A stretch of 63,108 nt of DNA, counting the filler, from Dugesia japonica (Eukaryota), in assembly GCA_001938525.1 (NCBI GenBank). It is 6 parts of 6 records of this genome, joined end to end, with 100 filler letters (N's around TTAATTAATTAA, not from the genome) between each part and the next. Parts side by side here need not be neighbours in the genome. Positions count along the whole stretch, not along the records: positions 1 to 10,306 come from MQRL01588854.1; positions 10,407 to 24,672 come from MQRL01646250.1; 4 more parts are not named here. One strand, 5' to 3'. Position numbers and translations under genes: made by a program. This document shows positions 1 through 12,221 of the stretch, in pieces (position 1 is the stretch's first letter; every line of letters starts with the position of its first letter). The notes beneath the pieces are model-generated. The model saw nothing but the letters and a program-made list of their open reading frames with translations. It was not told where the DNA came from and did no database searches.

Positions 1-38
<38 letters not shown>

Positions 39-44
39 TAATAA
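1..44. repeat. (AAT)n microsatellite
   Basis: Direct AAT run; similar runs at 10407-10470, 11757-11820, 27415-27577, 42381-42439 and 53601-53665, often at contig ends. Confidence 0.95.
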
Positions 45-45
45 A

Positions 46-520
46 AATTGTAAAAACAAATTAAAATTTTTTGTATTTTGAAGCGGAATTTATTGAAATC
101 AAATTTGTTAAAAATTTAAATTTGAATTATAAAAATAATTTATAAAATAAATTTTTAAAATTTAGTTTTGTACAACTAGCTAATGTGAAATTTATAATTT
201 ATGTTGAATATAAAATTTTAATTTATAATGTGTATAATAATTTATAATAATAAGTAATTTTGTTATAATTTGTAAAATTATCAAATTTCTTATTGTATAT
301 AAAATTTATTTTTTTACTGTATTTTTAAAATTTTACATTTTTAAAATTTGAAATAAACTTTTTTTACAAAATGCTGATATTTGATATTTTCTGTTTTGAA
401 TATAAATTTTTAAATTTTTTTGAATAGTTGTTTTTGTGAATAAATCTTTTATGAAAACGAGTTTTGACATTAATTATCCGATAAGTACTTCAAACTCATC
501 TAATATGGTGGCCGCGGTAA
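46..520 (+). repeat. Probable 5' LTR and primer-binding site of gypsy element 1
   Basis: AT-rich block ending ...AAACTCAT followed by TGGTGGCCGCGG (506-517), overlapping the gag start; the related 3' LTR at 55629 begins TGTGAG, its inverted complement. Confidence 0.4.
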
Positions 521-2570
521 ACACCGAATCGATCACAGAGAGATTGTTGCCAAAATTTTATGCATAGAAGTTTATTAAATAGTGTGAAATATACTTTGAG
601 GCGAAGAACATCTTCATAACATGTAAGCTAGATGAAGAATTGATGGAGGCATATGTGAAAACATTGAAGAAAGCTGACGGATATCAAAGAAGATTGCGAT
701 TAGCTTTTGAGAGCAAGGGAGACGTAATAAAAGATTTACAGAATCTTGTAAGCTATCACCATGGCGGGTAAGACCTTGAGATGTTCTTTAAAGAAGTTGA
801 AGATTTGGTCAATAATTAAATATTTGGTCAATATTAATGTTGTAAAGAGTTACGCGGGTGTAACACGTGAAGAAGGTACTGTAGAAAGAAGACGAAACAT
901 CAAGAGAGTTACGAAAAACACAGAACCACAATATTTGACATGCCAGAGTTATGGGCACACAAAAGAGAGTGTCAAAACAATTCACAATTGAAATACTGGA
1001 CTTGCCACAAGAAAGGACATTTAAATAGAAATTGTGCAGACAAAAAGCCACTAAAATGTTTTGGGTGTGGTAATATTGGTCATATCAGAAGGATGTGCAC
1101 AGAAATTGTATGTGGTAGATGTAAAATACCAGGTCACAGAGTGGAAGAATGTTATTCGAACATTAAGAAATCAAGACCAGAAGAGAGAAAATACGATTTT
1201 AAAAGCGGACGACAAACAAAAAATTGGAGTCGGATCAAACAAATTCATGCAATTTGAGAAGAAAATGATGATGAGAGTGAAAAAATATTTTCTGGGAACA
1301 AAGTAGAAGATTTAAATCCGAGGAGAGAATACCCATATGGTAGGGCTCTATCAGTATGGGAATTGATCGGAGCCATTTATTAAACAAGATACTGTTTGAT
1401 TATCCTCAGGAAGCCAGGAAACGGATGAGTAAAGTGAGACGAAAGGTTTACAGATTCCTGAAAATGCAAAGCTTCAATGAAGCCAAAGTTAACAAAGCAG
1501 AAGTATTAGGAACAATTGAAGAGAAACAGAACGTAGAAATTTCGTATGATAAGATGTAAAGCATTTTATTGATGATCAAAGGAAAACAGTTTTATTGTTT
1601 GTTAGACACGGATGCACGAATAAATATAATGAGCATGAAAGGATTTAGTAGACTCGGAAAAACGATATTAGAGAAAAGCGAGGAACGATTGTATTGTGCG
1701 AATAACAGCTCATTGAAGACAATTGGAAATATATGTATTAAAGTTGTAGTTTCAGAGGTGTGCAAGGAAGTAACATTTATAATAGTAGAAAAACCAGATC
1801 TAATTGGTGAAGTGAAATTTCAGAATATTTTTGGGTATCATCATCAAAAATTTGCAAGGTAGATGTCAATAATCAAAGAGACAAATGTATTTGCAACATC
1901 GAGGCAAAGTTTGGAAGACAAATACAGACGAGCAAACGATTAAGATATGCAATGGAGATTCTAGAAATTAACAAAGATCATAGATTGACTGCGATTATTC
2001 AGAATAATGAGGATATATTTATGGCGGATAAATGAGACATGGGAATAAGCATAGGATAATTACTAAAGAAGGTCCAATCAACATAAAACCCTATCGTCAA
2101 CCAATGAATTTAGAAAAGAAAAAGTCATCAAGAATCTGTATGATAACGGTATCATCCGAAAATGTAATTCTAAATGGAATACGCCATTAATCTGCGTATA
2201 GAAAAAAGAAAAAAGGATATACGATTAAGCTTAGACTTTCAACAGTTCACTGTAATAACAGAAAGACAAGTTTTTCTTATGCCAAATGTGGACGAAAATT
2301 TTGGTCAATAGACTTAAGAAATACATACTATCAAGTGGAACTCAGTGAAGATTCTCAAGAAAAGACGGCTTTTCGACCAAACAAAGGCAATACTGCTTTA
2401 ATAGAATGTCTTTTGGAATTGAGTCATTACCAGGTACATTCTAGGAAATGATGAACAAAGTGATGCAGAAAATAAAAGAAGTGGTGGTTTATCTAGATTA
2501 TATTCTCATATTTACCGAAACAAAGGAACATCACTATGAAATAGTCTATAAAGTATTGACAGTAATTAAG
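505..2570 (+). mobile_element. Degenerate Ty3/gypsy gag-pol (gag zinc knuckles, protease, RT), 3'-truncated
   Basis: CCHC knuckles CHKKGHLNRNC, CFGCGNIGHIRRMC, CGRCKIPGHRVEEC; aspartic protease LLDT(D)A; RT KWNTPLICV and VVVYLD(Y)ILIF; many stops and frameshifts. Confidence 0.9.
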
Positions 2571-2659
2571 AATTCACAATTACATCTACCATCAGAATTT
2601 CCTAGAAACAAAATGGCTATTTTTCACGATGAATTCATTCTCGAATCATTTTCATAATG

Positions 2660-4050
2660 CCCTCAATCATATTTAAAAAATACTGAGACACAATTTTATC
2701 CATCCTATTTTCTCCTTTGCCTTTGCTCTTTGTATATACGCACAAGCTAATCTTAACCATCCGCAAAAACAGAAACGTGATTAATTCCCTCACCCAAGAT
2801 CCCATGTACGACCCTACATGTCAACCTGTCATTTATGTTTTGAGGCAGCTCCTTGTCTATACACCATTGGTAGTTATTATCCCTGCTAAAACCCAAAACT
2901 TTGATATTATCACCAACTCCCGATCTCTTATTAGATTTTATGTCAATCCATACCTTTCAAAGATCTCAACAACTTCCTTATACACAATCTGTTTCTATGA
3001 TAACAATGTTGTCGATATAATTGTGGAACTTTTAATTTCCTAATAACTCTTTTTATCTTAGACATAACCTTCATCGCAATGTTCAACCCGAAGCCAAGCC
3101 TAGTCATAACATATAGCCTATCGCCAGACTGTATAACTTGATAAGTCTACAGATCGTTGCCGATTCTGATTTGTAAGTAAGACTTGTTGAAACCATAACA
3201 ACAGGAAGTGACCAACTTGGGAAACTAACAATTTGATCATTAAAGAACCTGCAATCAAGTATAGATCGCACCTTTGTTTTATTCCTTTGACGTTTTGCAC
3301 AATCATGATGGAACTCGTGTTTCTGACGTCTGAATCCTACTTAACAAGTATTCCATTTTTTAACTGAAAGTTGAATAACTGCAAGTCATCAGAAGCCACC
3401 GGATAATTTTGACAATATTTTCGACCAATAGGATTTCCCACAGCGAACTTCCATCTAACAGTCCATGCATCATTACAAAACCATGCTGTTATCAATTAGT
3501 AAGTTCTGATCGTTCTCTGGTATCATCGTATAGGCTTTCAGTATATGCCTTGTATGGTTACATCCCAAGCAACGGCTGATTTTGTCCTGTTTCGTTCAGC
3601 TGATAACCGATACAAGATTATCACTGTGTTCTTATTTTTTTCCTGACTATGTTTTGGAGATCGGTTTGTTAGAAATTTTCATTTTATCTTAAGATCCACT
3701 CATCTTTCAAATCTCCTGGCAGTGAGTCTAGCAGCAACATTGAGACGATGGCATCCATAGGGTTATGATCGCCAATAACAATTTTTAAGTTTTTTTAATT
3801 TCTTCAATCGCAAAGTTTACATTCTTTAAAATTTTTCTGAAGGCTTCCTTAATGCACTCCACATCACTTTTATTATAATTGGGAAGATTCTTCCATGTGT
3901 CATATGGTGATCCTATTGAGAACTTTGGCAACCAACTTGCTTCATTATTTTCTTCTTCAACTATACGAACCGTCAGTTCAAAACGTTCGATCCCTCTTTC
4001 CACATCTTCCTATTCTTAAAAATTCTAATTTTTTCAAAGATTTCATTGCG
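2660..4050 (-). mobile_element. Heavily decayed gypsy-like remnant (gag N-terminus plus RT N-terminus)
   Basis: ORF 3785-4003 resembles a gag N-terminus (ERFEL...WL...YDTWKNL); near 3150-3230 the minus strand reads PSWSLPVVMV...VD, like the RT SPW-SPVVxV...CVDYR motif. Confidence 0.55.
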
Positions 4051-4592
4051 CTGCTTTTTGTGTAAACCTAATAAATAAAAATCAAATAAGTCACAAAATG
4101 TATTCAATAAATTTCGAACAGATCTGTTCATCGATAATCAGAATATTTAAAAATAATTCCACATTTTTATATATTAATAATAACATGATAAGAAACCAAA
4201 CAAAATTTTGACTTATATTTTAATGAAATCTCAAATGCGAGAAATGGTCAAGTCCATATTTATTCTCGCAATAATTATAATTAAAAATTCTGAATGTTTA
4301 ATTCGAAATTCAACAAATCAATTTGATTTTCATTGATGTATTTTTATGAATCATTAATAACAGTCTATCAAAAATCTGTTAAAAAACTTTTCTTAAAAAT
4401 AACTAGTGTTAAAATTTTGTAAAATGAATTATCCAAAAAAATTTAAAATGTCACACTTAAATTTATAATATTGCGGTACAATTTATTGTACTTAACAACA
4501 ATAATAATTCATTATCATAAATTTGTGATGTAACTATGCTAAAATATGTGAATTTGAAACAATACGAAATTTTGTAATTTAAAATAATTAAA

Positions 4593-5030
4593 ATGAATTA
4601 TTCACTCAACACATTTGAAAATTTTAAACCTTATCCCAGCTTAAAAATTCAACAAAATTTGCAAAATGATCTAAAAGGTATATTTTAATTATAATTCAAA
4701 TAAGAAATTCATTAAAAATTCAAAGAATGTTGTAAAGGAAATACTTATACCATTTATAATGAAAAAGATGAAATTATTTTCCTAGCATATGAAAGTAAAA
4801 TTTTATTTTAAAATAAAATTAATCGACAGCGACAACTTTCCAGAATCACATGTCAATGTTTGTTGTGCTAGATGGTGGTGTGGACCTAATAGAGGATTTT
4901 GGTTTTATGTGTTGGACGAAATGAACAATTTAATTTTTCAATTTAATAGAGTTTCATGCAGGTAATAATTGCCTAACTTGTATAAAATGTGTTAAAATAT
5001 GTAAAAGTATAATGACATTATGTTATACAG
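4593..5030 (+). pseudogene. Phospholipid scramblase-like gene fragment, spliced, truncated or frameshifted
   Basis: Exons 4593-4677, 4726-4794, 4844-~4961 joined by 48- and 49-nt GT-AG introns give MNYSLNTFENFKPYPSLKIQQNLQNDLK-ECCKGNTYTIYNEKDEIIFLAYE-KSHVNVCCARWWCGPNRGFWFYVLDEMNNLIFQFNR, matching the PLSCR pattern NKYEIKN..GQ.VYFAAE.TDCCTRNCCGPSRPF.L.I.D. Confidence 0.6.
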
Positions 5031-6549
5031 TGATCCTGCTCAATCTGAAATTTCTTTTAAATTCATTAAAATGTCATTTGTATTCGTTTAATTTTTCATT
5101 AATTTTAATTAATGGTAAAGAAAAGATTTTGTTTGATAATTACCAAATTATTTTAAACATCAACTTAAATTTAAAAATTTGGTGTAACTAATATATTTAA
5201 GATTGCATATTTTATTACACAAAATATAAGGAATAACACTAAAGATAAGGAATCTGGGTAGAAATATGATCAGTAAATCTTATACGTTTTTATATCAGTA
5301 ATTTGTCATCTGACTTTGTAAGTTACAAGAGTTATAAGTCGGCAAATCAGGAATTTCAGAAATTTTTCTCACAATGAAATAAATAGCGACGTATGATATA
5401 TAACCTGGTTATTTACTCGATTTATAAAAAAGAAATATTAAAAGTAGATAGATATTGAGTATGAGGAAACTTTCACTCTTGCTCAGTTGCGAGTTCTCAG
5501 CACTGAAATTGGATCTATTACATAACCAATACAAATATAACAATCTTGTCGTTTAACCTATTTCATAATTGTTTTCCATGGAATTTGATATTATAAGACA
5601 AATAATAATTCATTACATAAAAAATATTATTTTTTATTATTATTATTATAGTAGGTAGATAGTGGCGCCACGGCACATTTTTTAGCACAATTTTGAGTAG
5701 TTTTTTTCTAAGATTTTTAGGATCAAAAATATTTTGATCAGATCGAATTTTTTCGATCTGGTCAGTTTTTTTTATCCTGGTGGTGTGTGTGTGTGTGGAT
5801 GTTTTAATTTTAAAATTTGTGTGTTTGGGTTGTTAAGTAGGTCAAGTTGAGTTTGTGTGTGTATGAAAGAAGGGTTTTGGACTCCAGGGGGAGCTAGAGA
5901 TCTTGGAAACAATTTTTTTAAAGGTTTTAAGATTTGGTTGTCGTCGGACAAAAATTTGATTTATACATTGTCTAAAGGACTTATGGGGTAGGATGGATGG
6001 ATTTTGCTAGTAGGGTAGTGACGTACGTCACAGTCGTATGAGTTATCGTGGTGTGTTTTTTGGGAGGTTGTAGGTTTGTATGGGGTTATTGGAATTTGTT
6101 GGTTNNNNNNNNNNNNNNNNNNNNNNNNNNNNNNNNNNNNNNNNNNNNNTGAATGTTGATTTTAAGGGCTTGAATTTGATTGGTTGTAAGTAGTATAAGT
6201 GTTTTATAAAAATGTTTCGGGATGGGGGAAAAGGTATAGTTGGAAAGAGAATTAATTATCGGATTTTTTAAGATTTATTTGAAATTTTTCTGGCCGGCAG
6301 GTGTGACGTAATAAATGTTTGAAATCTTTATTTTGTGTAAAAATGCTGTATTTTGCTTAGAATGATGAATTATTAGAAAGTAATGGTATTTTTGAGTATT
6401 TTTTTTGAGTATTTTTGAGTGGAAAGTGTTGTTTTTAAAATATTTTGAACAGGGAAGACGGAAACTTCAAAGAGGGGAGTCTTTATGATATTTACAGGAT
6501 AAAATATTGAAATAAGAACTTTTCTTTACAAGATGATAAAAGACATATA

Positions 6550-7110
6550 TAGGTAATTTTCTATAAAAAATATGCTACTAGGGACAATTTTCCATAAAGT
6601 AAAACATAGTACTGGCGATATTATTCAATAAAAAACCTATTACTGGTGACAATTTTCTCTAAAAACATTTTAGTCATGCAATTTGTCTATAAAAAAGCTA
6701 TTAGCGTTGCAATTTTAATAAAAAATCTCATTGGCTATGCAATTTTTAATAAAACATATTAGTCATGCAATTTTTCTATAAAAACATATTAGTTGAGAAC
6801 ATTCCTGAGAAAAAAATGATAAAAACAGTATTTTTTTCATAAAAATCCTAAATTCATGGAACCTTTCCATATATAACTACTAAGTCTATATAAAAAACTT
6901 AGAAGAAAATATTTTTATGAGTGTATAAGGTTTATGAGTATATATGGTTTATAAGTATATTATTTGCATAGTTACCTTGTATTATTTACATAGCAACCAT
7001 GTATTATATGGTTTATGAGTATATTATTTACATAATTACTTTGTATTATTACATAGTAACCTGTATTATAGGGTTTGTGAGTACATTATTTACATATTAA
7101 CCGCGTAATA
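6550..7110. repeat. Subterminal degenerate tandem repeats (two unit types)
   Basis: ~38-nt units with CAATTTTCTATAAAAA (6555-6800) and units with GGTTTATGAGTATATTATTTACATA (6910-7110, again 7715-7785). Confidence 0.75.
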
Positions 7111-7357
7111 AAAAGTCACCATGCGAAATCATGCTCGCGCCATGTTCATGAATATTTTAGATAACAAATCATATTATTTGAAACAAATTACACCCAATCA
7201 TATAAATTAAAATTAATAATAACCATTCATTTACTTTGAAACATCTATCGACCAATAGAAACTAACAAATAACGAGTCTTTATGTATCACAGCAAGTATA
7301 TAAACAGTAGGTTTCATAAAATAAGTCACTTTTACAATTCAAAATTACTATTATAAA

Positions 7358-7603
7358 ATAAATCAATTCGAAAAAGAAATTAAGAAAATTACATATGCAA
7401 TTACCAGAGGATCCGCTGACTTTCAATTCATAAGCAGGATCGACAATGGTCTATTGAGAAAACATGAGTATGTCGAACTCATTGTCCGATCAATATTTAT
7501 GGTCAAAATTAAGGAAGAATTGAAGAACCAAAAGAGAAATAAATTTATTGCTGTAACTTTATTGAAATCCATTGTGATATTTTATTTGTTTGGTCGGAAT
7601 TAA
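7358..7603 (+). pseudogene. Small tail-anchored membrane protein, homolog of 46078-46353; start codon is ATA
   Basis: 81 open codons INQFEKEIKK...KHEYVELIVRSIF...AVTLLKSIVIFYLFGRN; about 39/82 identities to the 46078 ORF by hand alignment; CCAAT (7252) and TATATAAA (7297) upstream. Confidence 0.75.
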
Positions 7604-8178
7604 TATAATTATTATTATTTTGTTGTTTAATAAGTAGATTTGAAAAATAATTTTGTTTTTTTCTTGTATTATTTATATAAAAAACTTATAAGTAAATAGT
7701 TTTTTAACTACAATTGGTTTATGAGTGTATTATTTACATAATAGCCGTGTATTATAGGGTTTATTTACATAATAACCATGTAATGTGAGGTAGTAATGTA
7801 AATGCATGCTCGTGTCATACCAAATATATGTTCATGACATGTTCACAAAATTAAATAAATAATATGAAATAATAACAATTTTATTTAAATAGAGATCATT
7901 TGTTTTTTAGTATTATTTAAATGAAAAAATTAACAAGACTTTTTGATAATAAAACATATATTTTGCATAATACAAATACATGCAAACAAATATGTCATAT
8001 GTAATGTCGCATCTTTTATTGTAAACCGCTATCTAGTGTTCTCCACATAGATTTTTTGTATGANTATTGACGATTAAGGCATTGTTTACTGAAATAAGAA
8101 GATTTAAGTAACATTGATGTACTCCGTTCAATCTGAATAGAATTAATAAATTAAACATTAACTTTTCCTTTATTACAA

Positions 8179-9406
8179 TTATTTCAAGAATACCCAGCAT
8201 TGTGTACACCAATACTGTTCCGTTTTCTTTAATCTGAATTTCTTTTCAAGTACTTCATAAATGAGAACATATGCCGATGTTGTTAAAGCTTTGGAAAACT
8301 TCATATCCAATCTCAAATTTCCTTGTTGAGGTAATTGACTCTGATTTATATCAAAATCTGGAGCAAGAACAAATGTTAAGAAAAGATATTTATTCTTAAA
8401 ATCTTGAAGTGTTATTCCGCAATTCATATTTTTATCAAAATATCCCATATTTCTTACTATTGTTGCAAAATTATCGTTTGTAAAATCTTGAGTATATATT
8501 TCTCGATAATCAGTGTTTTTCATCCAAGAAACAGAAACAGCATCTAAATTTTGAAAAGTTGAACTCGAGATTTTAAAACTACTATTATATTGTTCACCCC
8601 ATTGAAAAGTAACCAGAATAAAGCTAGGTAATCGACGATCACATAAGATTTGTTCATTAAAAACGATGAACTATCTTTACTAATTACAAATGTAACAAAT
8701 TCTTTGATTCTTATTGGATAAACAGAATTTTGCTTTTTAGCCCAATTTGGTGAGCAGCTAGTACTGAGGGTTCAACTCGTACTCGTCTAACTATTAATTT
8801 AGCACATAATAATGCATATTTAGGTTGATTAGCGGCAGATTCCAAACAAATATTAGCATTTGCTCGTTTCAATCGTATATGAACATTGACACCTGGAATA
8901 AGTTATTTCGGTTGATCCTTGAAATCGAGTTGTAATGAGCTACATAGAGATAATTGTTTTTATTTTTTTAATAGACTTTTTTCTATCTGCTTCTGATCCA
9001 TATCTCATGATGTAAGACAGATATTCTTACTATCACCATTATAATTTATTATAGTTTCAATCAATGCTTTGTGAAGATAAGATCCATTTCCACCTTCAAT
9101 TTTGAAATTATTAAACAAAAGAATTGCATTTTTAAAAATTGTATGCAACATTTAGTTACTAGGAACCGAATCATCCGTATCAGTCAAATCTTTATCATCC
9201 TTATCAACTACCTTTACTTAAATATACAATAAAGTATCATTCAAATCCAAATAATCTGTTTGAGATCCATTTATAAAAAACTCTACATCGCTTTGTGATT
9301 CAGAAATTGAATTCATAAGAAAGACATCTTCGAAACTACCATTTTCAATTACAGCTTGAGGAGATGGTCGATCAAAAATACATAATTCAATTTTACCGCA
9401 AATCAT
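8179..9406 (-). pseudogene. Polinton major capsid protein (double jelly-roll, hexon-like), disrupted
   Basis: N-terminus CGKIELCIFDRPSPQAVIENG...VEFFING...YLDLNDTLL, then LHTIF...LN; C-terminus GNLRLDMKFSKAL; typical of Polinton MCP; stops and frameshifts present. Confidence 0.85.
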
Positions 9407-9900
9407 TTTTCAATTATTGTTCCATGTCCTTTTATTCGTTTGTTTATACGTGATGAGTTAGATTTTTTGAGTTTTTTATTAGTTGGTTCTGTTTTGTATT
9501 GATTTGTTAGCATATTAGTTATTTCAGATGATATTTTATTAGTTATACTTTGTGGTAATATAACTGCTACTTTTGATATCATACTGGTAACTCTACTAGG
9601 TAAGGAATAATCTACATTTCTAAGTTCAGCTAATGCATTTGATTTCAATATGGTTAGTATTTTTTCAGAATTAGCTAGTACATCCTGAGCTGTTTTCATA
9701 CCAAAAGAACCAAGCATTTTTTTTAAATTTTAAATTTAGGAATGCAAACAGATATATGTGAAGAACGAGGATTGTTAAACGAAGAAAGACAACCATTCCT
9801 CCCATTTGCAGTTATCAAACAATATATCGCGGCTGAATTTTGCACACCTGACTGTATTGTATGTGCAAAGTTTAACCTGTATGTTGCAATGGAGAATAAT
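9403..9900 (-). pseudogene. Polinton basic core-like protein gene upstream of MCP
   Basis: G..TAQDVL motif, Lys-rich C-terminus, QMGG remnant upstream; stop codon overlaps MCP start codon. Confidence 0.55.
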
Positions 9901-10306
9901 GTGATCGAGATAAATGACTTTAATAATTAGTATTGTTTTGTATAGTGTTTAAAAAAATTAATTTATTATTATTACTTTGTTTTTGTTTATTTAGTTATGT
10001 TTATTTAGTTATTTATTTAATTTTTTATTTAGTTTTTAAAAAAAAAGTTAACAAGATTTATTACGTAAATATTTATTTCTGTAAAAATTAGCATCAAGTA
10101 AATATTAAGTAAACAAATTTAGATCGTCTTTGCAATATTTTTAACTTTCCAAATGACTTCTATTGAATTAATGGAATTCTTGAAGCCTTTAATCTCCACT
10201 TGAATTATATATTGACTATCGTCTTCATAATAGTTCTCGTCTCTTTCTTTAAAACCTATATAAATAACCTCATTGACTTCAATTTGTCTGCTTAATCTTG
10301 CAAACA

Positions 10307-10406
10307 NNNNNNNNNNNNNNNNNNNNNNNNNNNNNNNNNNNNNNNNNNNNTTAATTAATTAANNNNNNNNNNNNNNNNNNNNNNNNNNNNNNNNNNNNNN
10401 NNNNNN
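10307..10406. other. Artificial contig-joining spacer N44-TTAATTAATTAA-N44
   Basis: Identical 100-nt structure five times; the 12-mer has stops in all six frames. Confidence 0.97.
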
Positions 10407-10455
<49 letters not shown>

Positions 10456-10470
10456 CATTATTATTATTAT

Positions 10471-10998
10471 CAGTGGCGTAGCTAGGATATGTGCTACCCG
10501 GGGTGGTCCTTAAAATTGCCGCCCCCATACATTTTTAAGACAAAATATGACCTTCCTTATAATTAATTTAATATACAATTTATAAAATACATATATTGGT
10601 ATAAAAACGAAAAAGCCTTGTAATTTAAGTAATAATAAGAATATAAAATATACACAAATATATAAATTATAAAATATTAAAAATAAATGAACTAAACATA
10701 TACTTTATAAAAGAGACATGCAAACGTTGTTGGTATACATTGGTATAAAAGTAAAAAAGCCCAGTAATATAATATAACCCTCATTTTCAATCATCAACTG
10801 ATAATTTTTAATTGTTTTTTAACGTTAAAATCCTTCAACTATATTCTTCAATCTACATGGTTACTTTTCTTGCTTTTTGTCTAGTGAAGTCATTTATGAC
10901 ATGACCGAAGTCTTTCTCCTTTGTTAATTGATGTTCTATTGATAATATAGCGGGATTTTTCAAACGTAAACTGTGTATAAAAGATCTTAAGTAACTCT
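10471..10998 (-). mobile_element. hAT (Tip100/ZMYM-like) transposon end with C-terminal dimerization domain
   Basis: Terminus CAGTGGCGTAGCTAGG...GCCGCCCCC at 10471; minus strand 10860-10998 reads SYLRSFIHSLRLKNPAILSIEHQLTKEKDFGHVINDFTRQKARKV. Confidence 0.8.
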
Positions 10999-11029
10999 AA
11001 CTGCTGTTAACAATACTCGGTTTAGATCA

Positions 11030-11400
11030 TATTGACTCTGTCTTCACCCGACCACATTTGTGGCATTTGATTGTCTAAATCTATTTTAACGACAGCTTTT
11101 AAGCTTGACCAAGCATGTTCGATAGCATTAAACATTGGTCGACATCTTAGCAATCGATGACCAGCAAATTCACTTTTCCAGAAAATCTTCTTCGATTGAA
11201 GCAGGATCAGTTACTAATATAATCTTTGATTGATACATATTTTGAGAATTCAAATGTGTACAACTACTTCTATTTTTAGAATGAATCTTTCTTTTTGATA
11301 TAAAGAAATTGAGGTTGGTCTCATCCATGAATATAATGGAAATATTTTCTGCTTGGCATTCCAAAAGTTGTTAAAATCTAACAGTTGTGGAATGCGCCAG
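11030..11400 (-). mobile_element. Tc1/IS630-like DDE transposase remnant
   Basis: IIFMDETN (first catalytic D) and GHRLLR..PMFNAIEHAWSSLKAVVK (NPIE..W..LK motif); middle deleted. Confidence 0.75.
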
Positions 11401-12119
11401 ATATATCGCTGATATACAAAGATTCATACCTGATGAGTTAAATATGACACATGTTCGATTTTAATGATAGTTCTTTCGCTATGAGATGTGTTTTAACTTA
11501 TTCTCATTCTGTTCATTTAATAAAAATGATTAGTTTTATAAATTTTATTTTACTTATATAAATGTATGGATGTCCATTTTCCACTTCAAATTAATCAATA
11601 CCAATTTGAAAATGCTTTTTCCCAATTCGAAATTGTTTATTCCCAATATTTATATTATGAAACATGGTTTGTAGTTGTAAAATAAATGATGTCTCAAAAT
11701 ATTAGTAGTGATTTACAAAATACATTACCAATTGAAGATATACCTAACATTTATGATTATTATTATTATTATTATTATTATTAATATTATTATTATTATT
11801 AATATTATTACTATTATTATTTTACAGTTAACATTATTATTATAAATAATGTGTTTTAATTTCAATAATAATTGTTTATTAAAATTCTGAATTTATTAAA
11901 GTTTTATTTACTAAAATTTATCTGAATTTCTTTAAATTTAATTTAAATACTACTATAAGTATATAATAATAATATAATTTAAATGTATTATAAAATAATG
12001 ATTAAATATCTATAAATTAAAGTTTTCTGTAATATTTAATTAAAAAACAATTTTTGAAATATGTGAAAGTAATTATTACAATTATCCAATTAAAATGATT
12101 TTGTCATGACAACAAAAAA

Positions 12120-12195
12120 TTGAACCAATAAAAAAATGAAATTTTTGTTTGGTTATTAGCGCTTTTTCAGGCAATTTTCTCATTATAAAAAAGTT
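12120..12195 (+). promoter_or_regulatory. Putative core promoter of NK2 gene
   Basis: CCAAT at 12125 and TATAAAA at 12184, 38 nt upstream of the ATG; AT-rich background lowers certainty. Confidence 0.35.
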
Positions 12196-12221
12196 TTGAT
12201 AAAAATAATTTTTCAAATATT

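Larger units (their letters stand above)
5650..10306 (-). mobile_element. Polinton/Maverick (adintovirus-like) fragment A: terminus, subterminal repeats, capsid module
   Basis: Starts with AGTAGGTAGATAGTGGCGCCAC at 5650; contains MCP and core-like genes; cut off by contig end. Confidence 0.75.

Noticed and set aside
5443-5465. Tenth terminal motif AGTAGATAGATATTGAG
   Set aside because: Lacks the GCGCAC half and has no repeat array behind it
7880-8200. Cysteine protease gene after MCP
   Set aside because: Position fits, but catalytic motifs could not be read convincingly
10351-10362. Recurrent palindromic TTAATTAATTAA as a biological site
   Set aside because: Always centred in exactly 44+44 Ns; synthetic six-frame stop linker
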